This document shows positions 63,850-64,000 of a stretch of DNA of 64,000 nucleotides, piece by piece. Below the pieces are notes generated by a model that had not been told where the DNA came from, made no database searches, and worked only from the letters and a program-made list of their open reading frames with translations. The stretch lies in assembly GCF_009914755.1 (NCBI RefSeq), contig NC_060934.1; one strand, written 5' to 3'. This DNA comes from the human T2T-CHM13v2.0 reference genome, Homo sapiens. A program made the translations under genes and the position numbers. Within the stretch, counting starts at the first letter, position 1; each line of letters begins with the position of its first letter.

Positions 63850-64000
63850 TTATAGGGGCCAGGCAGGCACCGAGTGTGTATCCTCACAACAAGTGGTGTT
63901 TGTATATTGTGTCTGCATTGCTTATGTCTACTGCCCCCATTTCACAGGTAAGAAAGCCAAGAATTAGGGAGAGGTTCAGTAACTTGGCCGAGGTCATACA
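63850..64000 (-). mobile_element. MIR, runs off the window end
   Basis: atcctcacaacaa, cccatttcacaggtaagaaa, gagaggttcagtaacttggccgaggtcataca. Confidence 0.7.

Overview
Primate (human-like) genomic DNA, repeat-dominated and apparently intergenic or deep-intronic. I find no supportable protein-coding exon, tRNA, rRNA or CRISPR array, and I cannot name the locus. Most listed ORFs are translations of Alu, L1 or MaLR sequence. The window holds about 19 Alu/FLAM copies, two near full-length minus-strand L1s (L1PA15/16-like at ~27.9-34.7 kb, L1MA1-3-like at ~49.9-57.5 kb) and many older L1M fragments. It also holds a complete THE1 (MaLR) provirus at 6556-8747, solo MST/MLT1/LTR33 LTRs, hAT fossils (MER20, MER63A, Charlie1, MER103C, MER113-like) and MIR/L2/L3 remnants. 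Subfamily names come from recalled consensus features, not alignments, and boundaries of old elements are approximate. I see no new multi-gene system. The best observations are: (1) a probable ancient U6 snRNA/L1 chimeric retrocopy bounded by a TSD (45305-45880); (2) two fold-back templated-insertion scars, one of which seeded a hairpin minisatellite (32600-32660, 54198-54319); (3) a probable old inversion inside an L1 (36500-38185); (4) perfect DUX4 motifs in both THE1 LTRs; (5) a CpG-rich, NRF1-motif candidate regulatory element near 19.9 kb.
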